Shown in pieces: positions 62,639-64,000 of a DNA stretch of 64,000 nt. Location of the stretch: positions 14,528 to 78,527 of the forward strand of contig DASREX010000060.1 of the NCBI GenBank assembly GCA_035651855.1. Direction: 5' to 3'. Every line of letters begins with the position of its first letter. Within the stretch, counting starts at the first letter, position 1. Source of the stretch: Candidatus Sulfotelmatobacter sp. (GTDB taxonomy: Bacteria; Acidobacteriota; Terriglobia; Terriglobales; Acidobacteriaceae). Position numbers and translations under genes: made by a program. Below the pieces are notes generated by a model that did not search any database, was not told the DNA's origin, and saw only the letters and a list, made by a program, of their open reading frames with translations.

Positions 62639-64000
62639 GTGAGCCACAATCGAATTCTGAGCAGGATCAGCCTCGCATTTCTGGCGATTGTCGTCGGTAC
62701 ATTCCCATCCACCTTCGGTCAGAATCCCGCGGTTTCCCTGGAAGACGGTTTCAAGAATCCGCCCAACTCCGCCCGCCCGCGCGTGTGGTGGCATTGGATG
62801 AACGGCAACATTACTAAGGAAGGAATCAAGCTCGATCTGGAATGGATGAACCGCGTTGGGATCGGAGGATTTCAGAACTTCGATGCCTCGCTGGGCACGC
62901 CCAAGCTGGTGGATAAGCGTCTGACCTACATGACTCCGGAGTGGAAGGACGCGTTCCTGTACGCCACGACATTGGCGGATCAACTGGGCCTGGAAGAAGC
63001 CATCGCAGGGTCTCCGGGGTGGAGCGAGTCGGGTGGCCCGTGGGTGAAGCCAAGCCAGGGTATGAAGAAAGTTGTCTGGAGCGAGACCCGGCTGGAGGGC
63101 GGGAAGCCCTTTCACGCCGTGTTGGCCCATCCTCCGCAGGTGAGTGGGCCATTCCAGAACGTCCCACTCTTCGACTTTCTCGCCATGATCAGTGGGCAAG
63201 CCCCGACCGCAAGCCCATCGTTCTACGCCGACACCGCAGTTATCGCCTACCGCTCTCCCGAAAAAGACGTTCCGGTCGAGTCTTTGCAGCCGAAGATCAC
63301 GACTAGCGGCGGAAACCTCAATCCCGCTCTGCTGACCGACGGCGACCTGGTCAAGACGACACAACTACCCAAGGCTTCCGCCGGCAATCAGGCATGGGTG
63401 CAGTATGAATTCGCCAGTCCCCAGGTGATGCATGCGGTGACGCTGGTTCTGAACGATCCGACAGCTGCGGCGGCCAATATGTTTGGCGCTGCCCCATCGA
63501 TTGCCGAGGTCCAGGCCAGCGATGATGGCCAATCGTTCCGCAAATTGGCCGACATTCCCAACGATGGCGGGGACGAGCACACGATCGCGTTTTCCGCCAC
63601 GTCTGCGCGATTCTTCCGCATTGCCTTTACCGACAAGCCCCCATCCGGATTCAGCGAGATGACCTTTGACGTGGAAAATCCGTTCGGCGACTTCAGTAAC
63701 GTAAAGCCCAATCCTAACTTCGAGATTGCGGAACTGGTGCTTCACCCCGGCGCACGGGTCAGCCGTTTTGAGGAGAAGGCCGGCTTCGCCAACCTGATCG
63801 GCCTTGAGCAGTATCCCACTCCGCCCGTGGATGCCGGCGATGCGATTCGCAAGTCCGATGTGGTAGACCTGACTGCCAAGATGCAGCCTGATGGAACCCT
63901 CGACTGGACTCCTCCTGCGGGCAACTGGGTAGTTCTTCGCTTCGGATACTCCCTCACGGGAATTACAAACCATCCCGCCTCCCCTGAGGGCACCGGCCTG
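62639..64000 (+). CDS. Secreted glycoside hydrolase, GH106-like (alpha-L-rhamnosidase family, tentative) with F5/8-type-C-like domain; 3' end cut by window edge
   Basis: Not in the ORF track because no stop is reached. My own translation from the GTG at 62639: (M)SHNRILSRISLAFLAIVVGTFPSTFGQNPAVSLEDGFKNPPNSARPRVWWHWMNGNITKEGIKLDLEWMNRVGIGGFQNFDA.. stays open in the same frame to the window end (..AWVQYEFASPQVMHAVTLVLND..ARFFRIAFTD..). Confidence 0.6.
   Translation, partial: MSHNRILSRISLAFLAIVVGTFPSTFGQNPAVSLEDGFKNPPNSARPRVWWHWMNGNITKEGIKLDLEWMNRVGIGGFQNFDASLGTPKLVDKRLTYMTPEWKDAFLYATTLADQLGLEEAIAGSPGWSESGGPWVKPSQGMKKVVWSETRLEGGKPFHAVLAHPPQVSGPFQNVPLFDFLAMISGQAPTASPSFYADTAVIAYRSPEKDVPVESLQPKITTSGGNLNPALLTDGDLVKTTQLPKASAGNQAWVQYEFASPQVMHAVTLVLNDPTAAAANMFGAAPSIAEVQASDDGQSFRKLADIPNDGGDEHTIAFSATSARFFRIAFTDKPPSGFSEMTFDVENPFGDFSNVKPNPNFEIAELVLHPGARVSRFEEKAGFANLIGLEQYPTPPVDAGDAIRKSDVVDLTAKMQPDGTLDWTPPAGNWVVLRFGYSLTGITNHPASPEGTGL

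Noticed and set aside
1-64000. A search for CRISPR arrays, transposases/IS elements, integrases, prophage genes, toxin-antitoxin pairs or defence-island signatures.
   Set aside because: I saw no repeat-spacer periodicity, no terminal inverted repeats and no recognisable mobile-element or defence protein families. The window looks like stable metabolic chromosome.

Overview
GC-rich, gene-dense 64-kb chromosomal segment. The gene content fits an Acidobacteriota (Terriglobia-like) genome: very large TonB-dependent receptors with carboxypeptidase-regulatory-like N-termini, TPR plus CRTAC1/ASPIC-UnbV proteins, and many secreted glycoside hydrolases. I support about 39 protein-coding genes. I found no rRNA, tRNA, CRISPR array, transposase, integrase or phage genes, so this looks like core or metabolic chromosome rather than an accessory island.

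Gene blocks, left to right:
- (1) Selenocysteine-containing formate dehydrogenase (alpha with in-frame TGA and SECIS hairpin, Fe-S beta, NrfD-type anchor cut by the window edge), minus strand.
- (2) MscS-type channel, LolA-like protein, a short HhH+PHP (PolX-derived) protein, and a GMC oxidoreductase with its Tat-signal small subunit.
- (3) A two-gene chemosensory unit (CheA + MCP) behind a sigma-28-like promoter.
- (4) GH144-like and GH3 glucanase/glucosidase pair, diverging from a TonB-dependent receptor, followed by TPR and CRTAC1 proteins.
- (5) Group 3b-type [NiFe] hydrogenase operon (hyhB, cNMP-domain gene, hyhG, hyhS, hyhL, maturation protease).
- (6) A three-gene BcrAD/BadFG double-ATPase plus two HgdAB-like (DUF2229) proteins.
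- (7) Two translationally coupled secreted SH3b proteins.
- (8) A large L-rhamnose/rhamnoside locus: rhaT, rhaM, rhaEW, rhaB, rhaI, a hybrid regulator, TonB-dependent receptor, TPR, GH39-like, AraA-family isomerase, GH78, GH1, and a partial GH106-like gene.

Most interesting candidates, none proven novel:
- A tandem MshEN-like c-di-GMP-binding motif inside CheA.
- A degenerate cNMP-domain protein translationally coupled inside the hydrogenase operon.
- The orphan ATP-dependent electron-activase module just upstream of that operon.
- A recurring 15-bp palindrome (TTTCGCATTGCGAAA-like), found in pairs 119-127 bp apart in all four rhamnose-locus control regions. It is a likely operator of the unusual IclR-HTH/PBP-fold regulator.
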